From Candidatus Poribacteria bacterium (GTDB lineage Bacteria; Poribacteria; WGA-4E; WGA-3G): a stretch of DNA of 64,000 nucleotides. The notes beneath the pieces are model-generated. The model made no database searches and was not told the origin of the DNA. It saw only the letters and a list, made by a program, of their open reading frames with translations. Location of the stretch: positions 4,576,001 through 4,640,000 of the forward strand of contig OZ244048.1 in NCBI GenBank assembly GCA_965215265.1, written 5' to 3'. Below, piece by piece: positions 11,074 to 20,885 of the stretch (its first letter is position 1; the number at the start of each line of letters is the position of its first letter). Position numbers and translations under genes: made by a program.

Positions 11074-11429
11074 TTTCCTCCGATTCTAAGATAACTCAAA
11101 GGTCGCTCAGTATTCTGTGAATTGTTTTTATAAATACCGAAGAGCAATCCGAGCAGAATTAGCCTCCGCAATTATTATACAATATTTTTATCTTTCTGTC
11201 TACAATTTTTCTTGATACCGTCTGCTAATTCTGTTATCATGTCTATTATGCGAATGCGAAAACTGGGCTCATATCTCTAACAGAACAGTCCCGGGATTCT
11301 ATGCCACGCTGCAGCAATAGGATAGGCACGGCAGCCCCAGAACGGTATTAGCATTAATTCAGTCAATCTGGAGAAGTGAGACTTGTAGAGTGTTTAACAG
11401 ACGATGTTGAAGAAGAGAGGAGAATAAAA

Positions 11430-12602
11430 ATGATTCGAGCCGGTGTAGGGCATTCCCAAAGCCTTTCTACCACGGAAGCAGCCGAACGCGCAACTCTCAT
11501 GGCGATGGGGAATGCAGGTATTGCAAAGGCAGACCTGGCAATTGTGTTTGCAACCATCAATTACCAGACAGAATATCAAGAGTTGTTCAGCTCGGTTCAG
11601 GCGTGCTCTGGTTGTGAACGGCTGGTTGGGGGCAGTGGAATGAGTGTCCTGACTTCAGCCGGGGAATTTGAAGGACAACCGGCACTGGCTGTGATGGTTA
11701 TTCGCAGTGAACAAATGTCGGCCATTTCGTTTAGCATGCAAGGTACTGAATCCGAAATCGCTACCCAAATACGGCGTCGCGTTCACCCTGAGATGCAGGA
11801 GAATTCGCTGTTGATAGTTTTGCCGGATATCCGTTCTATGAATCCTACGGAATTAGTCAAACAGGTCGGGACGGATGGCGAGAAACTTCCTATCGTTGGT
11901 GCGGCGATATCCGGGGATGCGACCGGTGCTCAGATGTACCATTGGGCGGGTCATGAAGCAAGAGAAGGGGGTGTGGCAGGGGTTATGCTGACCGGAGAGT
12001 TTCATACTGAGGTAGGGGTTGCACAAGGCTGTCAACCTGTTGGCAAACCTTATGAAATTACGAAATCCCAAGGGCGCATTATCTTTGAATTAGACGGCAG
12101 TCCTGCTCTGGAACGTTTCAAACAGACATTGCAACTGCTTACGCGCGAGGATATTCGCCAATCGGGGGGCATGGTTTTTGCTGGCATTGCGATGGATGCC
12201 GCGAATCGTGAACCTGCACGCGGAGACTTCCTGATTCGCAATCTGGTTGGAGTGAATGAAGAACATGCTGCTATTGCACTATCAGAGAAAGTTGAGGATG
12301 GGCAATTAGTTCAATTTCATCTGCGTAACGCGCCGGCGGCAAAAGCTGAAATCCGCTCGATTATAGAGCAATTATCAGAAAAAACGTGGGAACACCCCCC
12401 TGCTTTTGGGCTCTATTTTAACTGCTTAGGCCGTGGCAAAGGGCTCTATGGCGAATTAAATCACGACATTACAGTTATCGAAGAGAAGTTTCCTGGGGTG
12501 CCGGTTATCGGATTTTTCGGGAATTCAGAGTTCGCACCGATTGGTAACGAGAACTTCGTGCATACGTATACCGGCGTGCTTGTCCTGTGTTCAGCTGCCT
12601 AA
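11430..12602 (+). CDS. FIST N + FIST C sensory domain protein
   Basis: VAQGCQPVG, FLIRNL, FHLRN, NCLGRG and GFFGNSE motifs; start placed at MIRAGVG. Confidence 0.85.
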   Translation: MIRAGVGHSQSLSTTEAAERATLMAMGNAGIAKADLAIVFATINYQTEYQELFSSVQACSGCERLVGGSGMSVLTSAGEFEGQPALAVMVIRSEQMSAISFSMQGTESEIATQIRRRVHPEMQENSLLIVLPDIRSMNPTELVKQVGTDGEKLPIVGAAISGDATGAQMYHWAGHEAREGGVAGVMLTGEFHTEVGVAQGCQPVGKPYEITKSQGRIIFELDGSPALERFKQTLQLLTREDIRQSGGMVFAGIAMDAANREPARGDFLIRNLVGVNEEHAAIALSEKVEDGQLVQFHLRNAPAAKAEIRSIIEQLSEKTWEHPPAFGLYFNCLGRGKGLYGELNHDITVIEEKFPGVPVIGFFGNSEFAPIGNENFVHTYTGVLVLCSAA

Positions 12603-14707
12603 TTTCCTGAGGAGGTCAGACGTTTCTGCTGTTGTTGTAGATAGTGTTTGACTGCATTTGCATCAGTTGCTTGGATGCCTAGAGTCCCGGCTTCGTCAAT
12701 CAGGATTTCAATTTGCACTACCCGTTTCTCATCATCTGCCAAAAGCAGCTTTTCTGCGTTTTTATACGCCTCTGCGGCGCGGGCAGTTTCACCCAATTCT
12801 TGGTGTATCACTGCGATGTACACGTAGGCAGCAGCGAGCCTTGGGGAGTTTGGACGGAGCTGGATAAACTCCTCAAACGCAAATCGGGCTTCTGTGTAAC
12901 GCCTATCCTTGTAATGGACGCGCCCGATGCGAAATTGTGCCCTATCCGCAAAACTATCCTTATACCCGACGGCGAGGTACCGGTCGCGTTCCGGATAGCC
13001 AATCGTCGTCTGGTACGCTTCCAGTGCATCGTTGTAGCGGTTCAGTTTGCTGTAGAGCTCGCCCAGCTGGAAGTTTGCCATCATCGCCTGCAAAGCATCT
13101 GGGTGCTGTTCAATCACATTTTGGTATACACTGAGCGCCTTATGCAGATTAGAGAACTGTTCAGCGTAAATAATCCCTGTGCGATAGAGTGCCTCGGCAG
13201 CATAAACGGATTGTGATTTTCCTGCGAGGGTTTCAACAAATTCCACCACTTCTTGGTACGCTTGGATGGCTTGGGAATAGTCAGTTAATTGCCGTTCATA
13301 GATGGTGCCTATTTGCAACAGGGCTCTCGTCTTTTCAGTATCGTTTAACGTTTCCAACTGAATATGAGTGCGCAGGTTTTGTATGGTGGCATGGTGTGCC
13401 ATTGAAGGGAGCTGTGCCGCTGTCTGCTTCGCATAGACTGTGCCAGGTGCGGTCGAGATGAGGGCTTGGGCGATAATTAATGCCTCTGCAAAGTTGTTAT
13501 TTCCTATTGCTTCTTGCAGTCTCTCATATTCTACCTTCGACATCTCCTTCTGCAATTTTACAATCTTTGCCTGAATCAGCGACTTCACCTCGGAAACATC
13601 CTTGTCATACATTGAAATCTGCCCTAAGTAACCCGGTTGAAGATGAGGTAGGTAAACGTAAAGGAACGTTTCAAACGCCTCTACAGCCTTAGGATAGTTT
13701 CGGTTCTGTTCATGACAGATGCCTATCCAATAGTGAACTGCGTGCATATTCCAGAAGTTCGGATATTTCTGTTTGAGTTCTTCAAAAACGAGAAGCGCCT
13801 TTTGGATGCTTTGATTAGGAGGTGTCGTGTGAGTTTGCCCTGGCAATGCAGCTGCTGTTCGATAGAGATTTGCCAATTGGAAGAGCGCCTCTGCAGCGAA
13901 ATTGCTAGTCGGGTACGTATCGACGACCGTCTGGTATGCGTCAATTGCGTCAGACAATTGGTTGAGTACGGTATGCCTGAGATGTGCAATTCGCCATTGT
14001 GCCTCTGGTGCAACGGGTGCCTCCGGGTAGGCTTTCAGCAAGAGCTTGTAAGCTGCAATTGCCTCTTCTGGCCGATTGAGCTGGGCATGGTTACGGTAGA
14101 GCTCAGCTATCTGAAATTGGGCGATGGCCCCAAGTGGGGTACCTTGATATTGGCGAACATGTGCTTGCTGGACTTGTAGTGCCGCGAGCGCAGTCCGAAT
14201 ATCGCGAATTTTCTGTAAACCGGTCTTATGCACAAAGTGCGTGGCGGGTGCCAATTCAACGAGGAGATGGTAGGTTTGCATCGCCTCTTCGTATTTCCCC
14301 ATTCGGCAGTAGACATCGCCTTTCTTAATAGAGGCAAGGAAGAGCTCCTCACTCGGCAGTCCTTTTTTCTCTAGCTGCAGGATTTTGTCGTAAACCTGCA
14401 CCGCCTCTGCATACTGCTGTGTATAGTTAGAATGGATTTCTCCAATCTGGTAGTAGCACCAACTTTGCACTTCAACGTCTTTGGCAGATCCGGCAAGAAC
14501 CGCAAGTTTATCTACTGCTTCTGAGTAGCGGCCGCCTCGAATTAAGACGTTCACTTCCTCAAATTGTGCATGAGCGACAGAGAGTATCGTCATACTGAGG
14601 AGAAATATCAGCCCTGCCTGTATCAAACGTCTAATTGTCTGCTGCATTCCGACTCCTATACGGTTTGTACTCTTCTGGATGGTTAGATTTTGATAGTATT
14701 GTGCCAT
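12599..14707 (-). CDS. Secreted tetratricopeptide-repeat protein
   Basis: Many TPR units (AxFQIAELY, ALYRTGIIY); signal peptide ending AHA; true start may be the downstream MQQTIRR. Confidence 0.8.
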   Translation of the reverse strand: MAQYYQNLTIQKSTNRIGVGMQQTIRRLIQAGLIFLLSMTILSVAHAQFEEVNVLIRGGRYSEAVDKLAVLAGSAKDVEVQSWCYYQIGEIHSNYTQQYAEAVQVYDKILQLEKKGLPSEELFLASIKKGDVYCRMGKYEEAMQTYHLLVELAPATHFVHKTGLQKIRDIRTALAALQVQQAHVRQYQGTPLGAIAQFQIAELYRNHAQLNRPEEAIAAYKLLLKAYPEAPVAPEAQWRIAHLRHTVLNQLSDAIDAYQTVVDTYPTSNFAAEALFQLANLYRTAAALPGQTHTTPPNQSIQKALLVFEELKQKYPNFWNMHAVHYWIGICHEQNRNYPKAVEAFETFLYVYLPHLQPGYLGQISMYDKDVSEVKSLIQAKIVKLQKEMSKVEYERLQEAIGNNNFAEALIIAQALISTAPGTVYAKQTAAQLPSMAHHATIQNLRTHIQLETLNDTEKTRALLQIGTIYERQLTDYSQAIQAYQEVVEFVETLAGKSQSVYAAEALYRTGIIYAEQFSNLHKALSVYQNVIEQHPDALQAMMANFQLGELYSKLNRYNDALEAYQTTIGYPERDRYLAVGYKDSFADRAQFRIGRVHYKDRRYTEARFAFEEFIQLRPNSPRLAAAYVYIAVIHQELGETARAAEAYKNAEKLLLADDEKRVVQIEILIDEAGTLGIQATDANAVKHYLQQQQKRLTSSGN

Positions 14708-14714
14708 GCTTTGT

Positions 14715-15344
14715 CTACCTGAGGCGCTGCAGATGCGTATTCGCTACCTTTGCGAAATGCGTGCCTTGTGCCTGCTCCTTTACTCGCTGGAATCGACCGG
14801 CTGCCTCCCAGGCATCGTTTCGGAGATGCCCGGTAATCAGAGCGTCCTCTAGGCTTCGTTGAATGTACTCTTGTTCGTATTGTTTAATTCGGGCATCGGC
14901 GGATTCGACGCTGCTGACACGCAAGGCCGGCTGTTGTTCAAAAGGTTTGGTAAAGAAGACCGTTATTGCAATTAGCACAATAGCTACAGCACTGGCGGTG
15001 ACTGTTCGCTGCCAACGCGCTAAAGGACGCTGGGGCCATTCAAGTAATATCTGTGCCAGGTGCCGGAGGTGCGCCTGGAAAGTCCGCTTATCTGTCGAAG
15101 AACTAGCAGCGAGACGCTTGTAGACGTTCTTCTCAATATCTCGGAGGGCAAGCACCGGCACGTCTAATTCAAATTCCGTCTCCTCTGTCAGGTCAAGAAC
15201 CGCTTTAACAACTCGAACTGCTTCGGTGCAAGTCGCACAATGCTTGAGATGTTTTTCAAAGGTATCGACTTCCGGCTCAGATAAAAGATTATAAACGTAA
15301 TCAATAGCATGGTCTTCAAACTTTTCACAACTTTGCATAAACAT
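14715..15344 (-). CDS. Zinc-finger (zf-HC2) transmembrane anti-sigma factor
   Basis: HLKHCATC (HxxxCxxC) motif; one TM helix; directly downstream of the ECF sigma gene. Confidence 0.85.
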   Translation of the reverse strand: MFMQSCEKFEDHAIDYVYNLLSEPEVDTFEKHLKHCATCTEAVRVVKAVLDLTEETEFELDVPVLALRDIEKNVYKRLAASSSTDKRTFQAHLRHLAQILLEWPQRPLARWQRTVTASAVAIVLIAITVFFTKPFEQQPALRVSSVESADARIKQYEQEYIQRSLEDALITGHLRNDAWEAAGRFQRVKEQAQGTHFAKVANTHLQRLR

Positions 15345-15356
15345 CCTCCTTTTTCG

Positions 15357-15938
15357 TCAAATTTCATGATTTTCCCAGAGCGGCCGCAGGAGAGTTTGTA
15401 AGCGTTTGACGGCCCGGTGCAGATGAATCTTTACCGTGCCCTCTGCCATACCGAGGGTTTCCGCTGCCTCTTTAATGGAAAACCCTTCGTAGCGGCATAG
15501 CATGAAAACGGATTTCTGCTTAGCGGACAGTTGCGCGACAGCTTCGCGGATAATCCGGCCCCGTTCTTTCTCCTCTAGCAGTTTAACGGGATCGCTCGCA
15601 AGATCGGTGGCTATCAGCCTGGATTCCGGGATTTCTTCATCCTCTAATAAATAGACAGGGTTACGTGCTTTCGCACGATGATGATCGACAGCAAGGTTAG
15701 AGGCAATTTTATAAAGCCATGTCGAAAATTTGGCCTTGGGCTGCCAATTATCGAGGGCACGATATACCTTGACAAACACTTCAATAGTGATATCCTCCGC
15801 ATCCTCATAATTCTTGACAGAACGGAACAGATAGGAGAAAATTCTGGATTTGTAGCGTTTCATCAATTCGTCAAAGGCACTCTGATGACCGGCTTGAAAC
15901 TGAGCAACTAACTTCTCATCGTCAATCCAATTATCCAT
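15357..15938 (-). CDS. ECF-type sigma-70 family RNA polymerase sigma factor
   Basis: FSTWLYKIASN (region 2) and EGTVKIHLHRA (region 4.2); start placed at MDNWIDD. Confidence 0.9.
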   Translation of the reverse strand: MDNWIDDEKLVAQFQAGHQSAFDELMKRYKSRIFSYLFRSVKNYEDAEDITIEVFVKVYRALDNWQPKAKFSTWLYKIASNLAVDHHRAKARNPVYLLEDEEIPESRLIATDLASDPVKLLEEKERGRIIREAVAQLSAKQKSVFMLCRYEGFSIKEAAETLGMAEGTVKIHLHRAVKRLQTLLRPLWENHEI

Positions 15939-16293
15939 AATTCCTGCTACATAAAACGAAGCGAACAGAGAACACACTAGTGGGCGATGCGAGGGCTCGC
16001 TTGTTGCGGGATTTGCATAAACTCTTATTATTTCAAACGATGGCACTCAAAAAAAGTTTACACGTTTTTTGTATATTTCAGCACATCAACGCCTGATGTT
16101 TTTCTAAAATCTTTACAAATCTCGTATGAGCCTTTCGAGGTTATGAATTCTAAACATAAAATATCTCTGGCGAGATTTGTGCGAGGTTGTTCATTAAATC
16201 CATCGGTGACGGGCTGAAAGATTGGAATCAATGAAAAAAGGCGGCATGCCGGAGCCACGTGCCCTAGTTAGGTGAATTTACATCTCACTGAGT

Positions 16294-16374
16294 TTACTCT
16301 TGTGCCTTAAGCGTCGCCCAGCATTCTGTGAGTTTACCGTCCGCACTCAGATGCCCTTTCAAGCGGGTTGTCTG
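16294..16374 (-). other. In-frame post-stop tail A: QTTRLKGHLSADGKLTECWATLKAQE*
   Basis: Follows the TAG of 16375..17298 in frame; homologous to 60417..60497 and 60752..60832. Confidence 0.8.
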
Positions 16375-17298
16375 CTACGTGTCGGTGTGGTTGTCAGCTG
16401 CCTCCAGCTGCCGCACGAGTTCTGCACGCAGCGCCGGAGATAAATGAAGTCCGGCTAACCGCTCATCGGGAGTGAGTCCTTTGACGCGCTCATCGGCACT
16501 TAGGCGTGCTAACATATCGGTGCGTTCTTGAGGGCTCAAGCGGGACAGCATGTCCGCACGCTCCTCCGATGTCAGTGCAGACAGCAGCTTCGGACCTAAA
16601 GTCGTCGCAACTTCGCGAAGACGACTCTGAAAGAAATCTTGACGGCCTTCCATTTCACAAACCTCCTCCGTGACTTCCGGCTGCAAATACAACGCGGAGT
16701 CAAAATATAACGTATTCTCTTCCGTTATCACCCGCCGCAGGAACGCACGAAACTGTTTCTGCGACGACGCAAACAGCAGCAACCAATAATTCGGCTCAAC
16801 CACCTCCACTTCATTGCAAACCAACAGATGCACCGGCACGCCATCCATCAACCGATAATGCCCTGCCGCCAATGGCTCCCACGGCTCCCCAAAAGGCGGA
16901 CGGGAGAGCAGTGCCCGCGGCTTCCGAGACGACACTATCGTCAAGGTAACCTCCGTGTCTGGCACCTTATGCGCTGCGAGATAACCACGCGCACGCATAC
17001 AAATCCGGTGATACGCCGAGGCATTCAACGGATCGTTCTGCCCTTTGAATTCGAACAGATTATACGTCCGTAAGTAAGAGAGCAGCGGGTGCGCACGCAC
17101 TCTCGTGCGTGCCGCCGCGCTTTCGAGGAGAGCGAGTGCATCTATACGCTGCGGCAACCGGTTGACTTCTATCTCTGTCTGGATAGAGGCACCCAGCCCA
17201 GAGAACAGCAGGGCGAGGAACTCTTTGAAGAAAGGGTCCCAAAACTGCCGTTTGCTTTGTGTTTGTTTGGATGTCTCTGGTGCCGTAGTTTGCCTCAT
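16375..17298 (-). CDS. Rpn-like PD-(D/E)XK nuclease-fold protein, copy A
   Basis: WDPFFK, ExEV..PQRID and LFEFK motifs; C-terminal LSxxERxxxL helical repeats; close paralogue of 59316..60416. Confidence 0.65.
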   Translation of the reverse strand: MRQTTAPETSKQTQSKRQFWDPFFKEFLALLFSGLGASIQTEIEVNRLPQRIDALALLESAAARTRVRAHPLLSYLRTYNLFEFKGQNDPLNASAYHRICMRARGYLAAHKVPDTEVTLTIVSSRKPRALLSRPPFGEPWEPLAAGHYRLMDGVPVHLLVCNEVEVVEPNYWLLLFASSQKQFRAFLRRVITEENTLYFDSALYLQPEVTEEVCEMEGRQDFFQSRLREVATTLGPKLLSALTSEERADMLSRLSPQERTDMLARLSADERVKGLTPDERLAGLHLSPALRAELVRQLEAADNHTDT

Positions 17299-17331
17299 CT
17301 ATCTGCTTAGGTGCTCCACTTCTCATAATAA

Positions 17332-17361
17332 AGTATAGCAGCTTCTCTGTTATTTTGTCAA
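17332..17361 (-). promoter_or_regulatory. Sigma70 promoter of Rpn-like copy A
   Basis: TTGACA-N18-TATACT with extended -10 TG; same boxes and spacing in the two other copies. Confidence 0.75.
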
Positions 17362-17413
17362 GGCAGTCTCCAGATTTCGCTTCTCAAGGCGGCCTCGGTG
17401 CTTCTCTGAAAAC

Positions 17414-17457
17414 AAAAAAAACCAGGGGCAGCCATGTGAGGGTGGCTGCCCCTGGTT
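17414..17457 (-). terminator. Intrinsic terminator after LRR gene A (repeated element, copy 1)
   Basis: AACCAGGGGCAGCCA-loop-TGGCTGCCCCTGGTT followed by a U-run. Confidence 0.85.
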
Positions 17458-17508
17458 TAGGTTAGGTTAACTTAGATTTCACTGAGTTTATTCTTCCGAG
17501 TTAAGTTG

Positions 17509-19153
17509 TTAATTTGCCAGAGGCGAGATATCCGACACTTGCGTATCACTGAGATCCAGCACTCTCAAGTTCGTGAGGTTTGCCAGCGGCGTGACATCCG
17601 ACACTGGCGTACCCCCAAGATCCAACTCTTCCAAGTTGGTGGCGTATTCAAGTCCAGTCAGATTTCTAACGTCTGAGCCACTTAAATCTAGGCTTGTCAA
17701 GCCGAGCATATGTACCGAGGTCACAGCCGTCCCCGCGGAGATGTCGAGTGTCTCCTTGATTGCCGCAAGGAGCGTCTCATCCGGAATATTCACCTCGACG
17801 CTTGTATTTACAGGCACCGTCAGCGTATTCGAGGCACGGCTCAGGTTGCCCACTATGTCCATTGTGGCATCCGCTGGCACCGTTATTTCCACATCTCCGT
17901 CAAAAGCAGACGGCGGCGTGATAGTCGCTCTGTAGACTTTGAAGGCGGAACTATGTTTCACCAACCCCAGATCATCATTCGCCGGCGCAGAACCGGGATC
18001 CCGATGGTCTAAGCCGATTAACATCGGGGCTGAAACCTGCCAATCAGCCGTGGTGGTGCCTAGTGTCACCGCGGTGTCATCTACCTTGAGCGTGATGTCC
18101 GTCGCCTCGAAGCCTCGCGTGGTATCTGCAATCACACCATCAGCGTCATTTCCAATCCCATAATTGTAGAATAGGAATTCCACATCAAAGGACTCTGTCT
18201 GAGTGTCAGGTTCGGTAACAGGCGGATTGGGCTCTGCCGCTTCAAACGGTGCAAAATTCACATAGGCGGTGCGGTAACCCGTCTCAACATCATGAGTATC
18301 ATCCTTGATCAGGCCGTGGATCCTCACGCTCGCCCGGATAGTATCTATGAGATAGTTAAGACCGTCATGATCAGAAGGGGTCGGCAGCGGATGACTCCGG
18401 TCGTAAAAAATCTGCATCTTGTCATAGTAGATCCTCACATTACTCTGGTCAGTTTTCCACTTATCAGTATTGCCGGTGTTCTCGACGGGGTTCTCGACGG
18501 TAGCAGCTTTATCTATGATGAAATTATTTGCATCGTCAGAATAGGGATCCGGAGTGCGATCTATAACAACGCCATCGCCGAAAACGTCATCACCGTCTTG
18601 CACCTCGTATCTGAAATATACGACTTTATTATCGGTTCGCGCACCGGTCCTTACTGAATCATAGACGGCAGCTAGCTCAGTAGTGCCATCGGGGCGGGTG
18701 GTCTCACCGTCCATATCTAGCGCCAGGGCCGGCAGAGCGGACGTTCCATCGTGCTGGACTTTGACATCTATATCAAATGTCAACTTAAAAACGATTTCAT
18801 CTGTACTACCGAAAAATTTAACCGCTAGGCCCGTGGTGGGGTTGGAGTACCCCGGAGCAGTAAGAATGCCCGATGTATGGTTTGCTAGTAGATTCTTCCT
18901 AAAATTTCCACCCCGCTCCCAATCTGCAATTAACCGTGACCTGCTGTCCGCATAGAGCGAATCGCCTGTATGTGGACCTTCACTCTCTATCTCAACCGAC
19001 TCTAACATCGGTTTATCTGCCTGCACGGTAGCCATCGGTGCGGCTAACATCGCAATCCCGGCTATCGAAATTACAGATGAGATAAATCCGCCACTCAACA
19101 CGCAAATAAAACACTTAACATATAGAAGGGGGGGGGTGCATTCTTCTCTTCAT
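17509..19153 (-). CDS. Secreted Ig-like + internalin-type LRR protein A; out of frame at the poly-C tract as sequenced
   Basis: ORF 17509..19101 has an Ig-like segment, a VNIPD cap and LRRs (LTNLxxLDL); the RBS-linked ATG at 19153 joins this frame only if C9 becomes C8. Confidence 0.75.
19128..19136 (-). repeat. C9 homopolymer in the leader-peptide coding region of LRR gene A
   Basis: Nine G on the + strand at 19128-19136. Confidence 0.85.
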
Positions 19154-19644
19154 CTTATCTAACTCCTTGTTATTCTTTATCCCGTGATGGAATAAACTTT
19201 ATAGTCTTCTGACTAAGTTATAGAACCCAAAAAAAAACACTTTAGCTATATTATACCATAAAACAAAACGCGAAAAAAAAGCCGACTTTTTTCTCTTATA
19301 TCTATCATGATACCCGCAATCTGAGAAAATTCAATTCTTTTTTTTCGAATTCCTGAAATTGAGCCTTGTATCTATTTGCAGACGAATTTAGACACAGGGC
19401 TCCAAACGACTTCGTCACACTTATAGAAACGTTATGGGTTGTAAAAGGGTTACAATACAAAAAATGTCAATCCATTTTACGGATGTTGCCTCAAACGGTT
19501 TCGGCAACTCACTTTGTAAAGTTAATTATACCTGCAATCTAAAAGAAATGTCCACTCTTTTGCTCTTATATACTTAAGTATACCACTACCTACACTTGTT
19601 GGGGGATGGAAATATCAACCCGCTTTCCGATCTTTGTTGTGCAC

Positions 19645-20754
19645 TCAGTATGCCGCTTCGTAAAGGCTTACAAAGTCTTGCGTCTCTAGCGGATGTGGGT
19701 TAAATTGTGCGGTCCACTGCGCCGCGGCTTCTGCCGCCAATGGCGGTATTTGGCACGCTGGGATGTTAAAATCTCGCAGTCTCGACGGCAATTCGGCACG
19801 CTGTTTGAATTTGACAATGCACGCTGCTAAATCTCCGTCTGGATATAATTGGCTATACAATTCTCCTACACTCTTGCTATTGTATAGAATAACATGTGGT
19901 AACATCAATCCGACAGCGAGTCCGTGTGTGATACCGTAGTTTGCTGTCAATGGGTTTGCGCAGGCGTGTGCGGCCCCCAGCATCGAATGTTCAATGGCAG
20001 CCCCTGCGAGATAGGCACCGAATAACATGTTGCCGCGTGCCAGGTGCGGTGTTGCTCTAAGGCTCTGCTCAAAATTTGCTGCTAATACCTGCCATGCACG
20101 TTCGCCGAACATCTGTGACATCGGATTGCGTTTTGTAGAAACGAAGCTTTCTATCGCATGCGCAATTGCATCAATCCCGGTAGCAGCTGCAACTGATTTT
20201 GGTAAACTTGCAGTGAGAGTCGGATCGAGAATTACGACGTTGAATATCGCCTTTTTGTCACCACACGCCATCTTGATGTGCGTTTCTGCTTGGGCTATCA
20301 GTGCGAAGGATTGCGCCTCGCTTCCTGTACCCGTCGTCGTCGGAATCCCAATAGACGGGAGCATCGGCTGAGTTGCTCTGTTTACACCCCAGTAGTCCTC
20401 CATCTTTCCCCCATTTGTGAGCAAAAAGTTGACTCCTTTCGCGCAATCCATCGCGCTGCCACCGCCGAGCCCAATAATGAGCTCTATCGGTGCGTTCGTT
20501 CTCGCAAATGCTACTGCAGCTTCAACATGCTGCGTTGTCGGATTCGGTGCAACCTGAGAAAAAACGGAGACACGAACGCTCGCTGTCTCCAACACATCTA
20601 TTGCCCGTGCCGCGATGCCTGCCTGAACGATGCCAGCGTCCGTTACGAGCAGCACCCGCTTGATCCCGAAGTCCTCTGTCAATTCTGGGAGTTTCTCTAA
20701 CGTATTTTCGCCAAAAATCACGCGCTGTGTGAACTCAGAATCAAACGCTTCCAT
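19645..20754 (-). CDS. Iron-containing alcohol dehydrogenase family protein
   Basis: GGGSAMDCAK, PTTTGTGSE, DAIAHAIE and HGLAV motifs. Confidence 0.9.
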   Translation of the reverse strand: MEAFDSEFTQRVIFGENTLEKLPELTEDFGIKRVLLVTDAGIVQAGIAARAIDVLETASVRVSVFSQVAPNPTTQHVEAAVAFARTNAPIELIIGLGGGSAMDCAKGVNFLLTNGGKMEDYWGVNRATQPMLPSIGIPTTTGTGSEAQSFALIAQAETHIKMACGDKKAIFNVVILDPTLTASLPKSVAAATGIDAIAHAIESFVSTKRNPMSQMFGERAWQVLAANFEQSLRATPHLARGNMLFGAYLAGAAIEHSMLGAAHACANPLTANYGITHGLAVGLMLPHVILYNSKSVGELYSQLYPDGDLAACIVKFKQRAELPSRLRDFNIPACQIPPLAAEAAAQWTAQFNPHPLETQDFVSLYEAAY

Positions 20755-20885
20755 CTTACGACCACCGTTTTACAAAACATTCTCCGATTGAGAGAGAGTT
20801 TTTGATTCTTTCATGCTTTTGAAAAAAATCACCGCGACCCCTTCAGAAATAGCCATCAGTTATACAAAAGTTGAGTGCGGTTAAA

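Noticed and set aside
11281-11345. ZTP or THF riboswitch upstream of folD
   Set aside because: Only an imperfect hairpin; the conserved aptamer motifs are not recognisable
16375-17298. Calling the Rpn-like gene an IS transposase
   Set aside because: No terminal inverted repeats, target-site duplication or DDE/HUH motifs were seen; mobility remains a hypothesis
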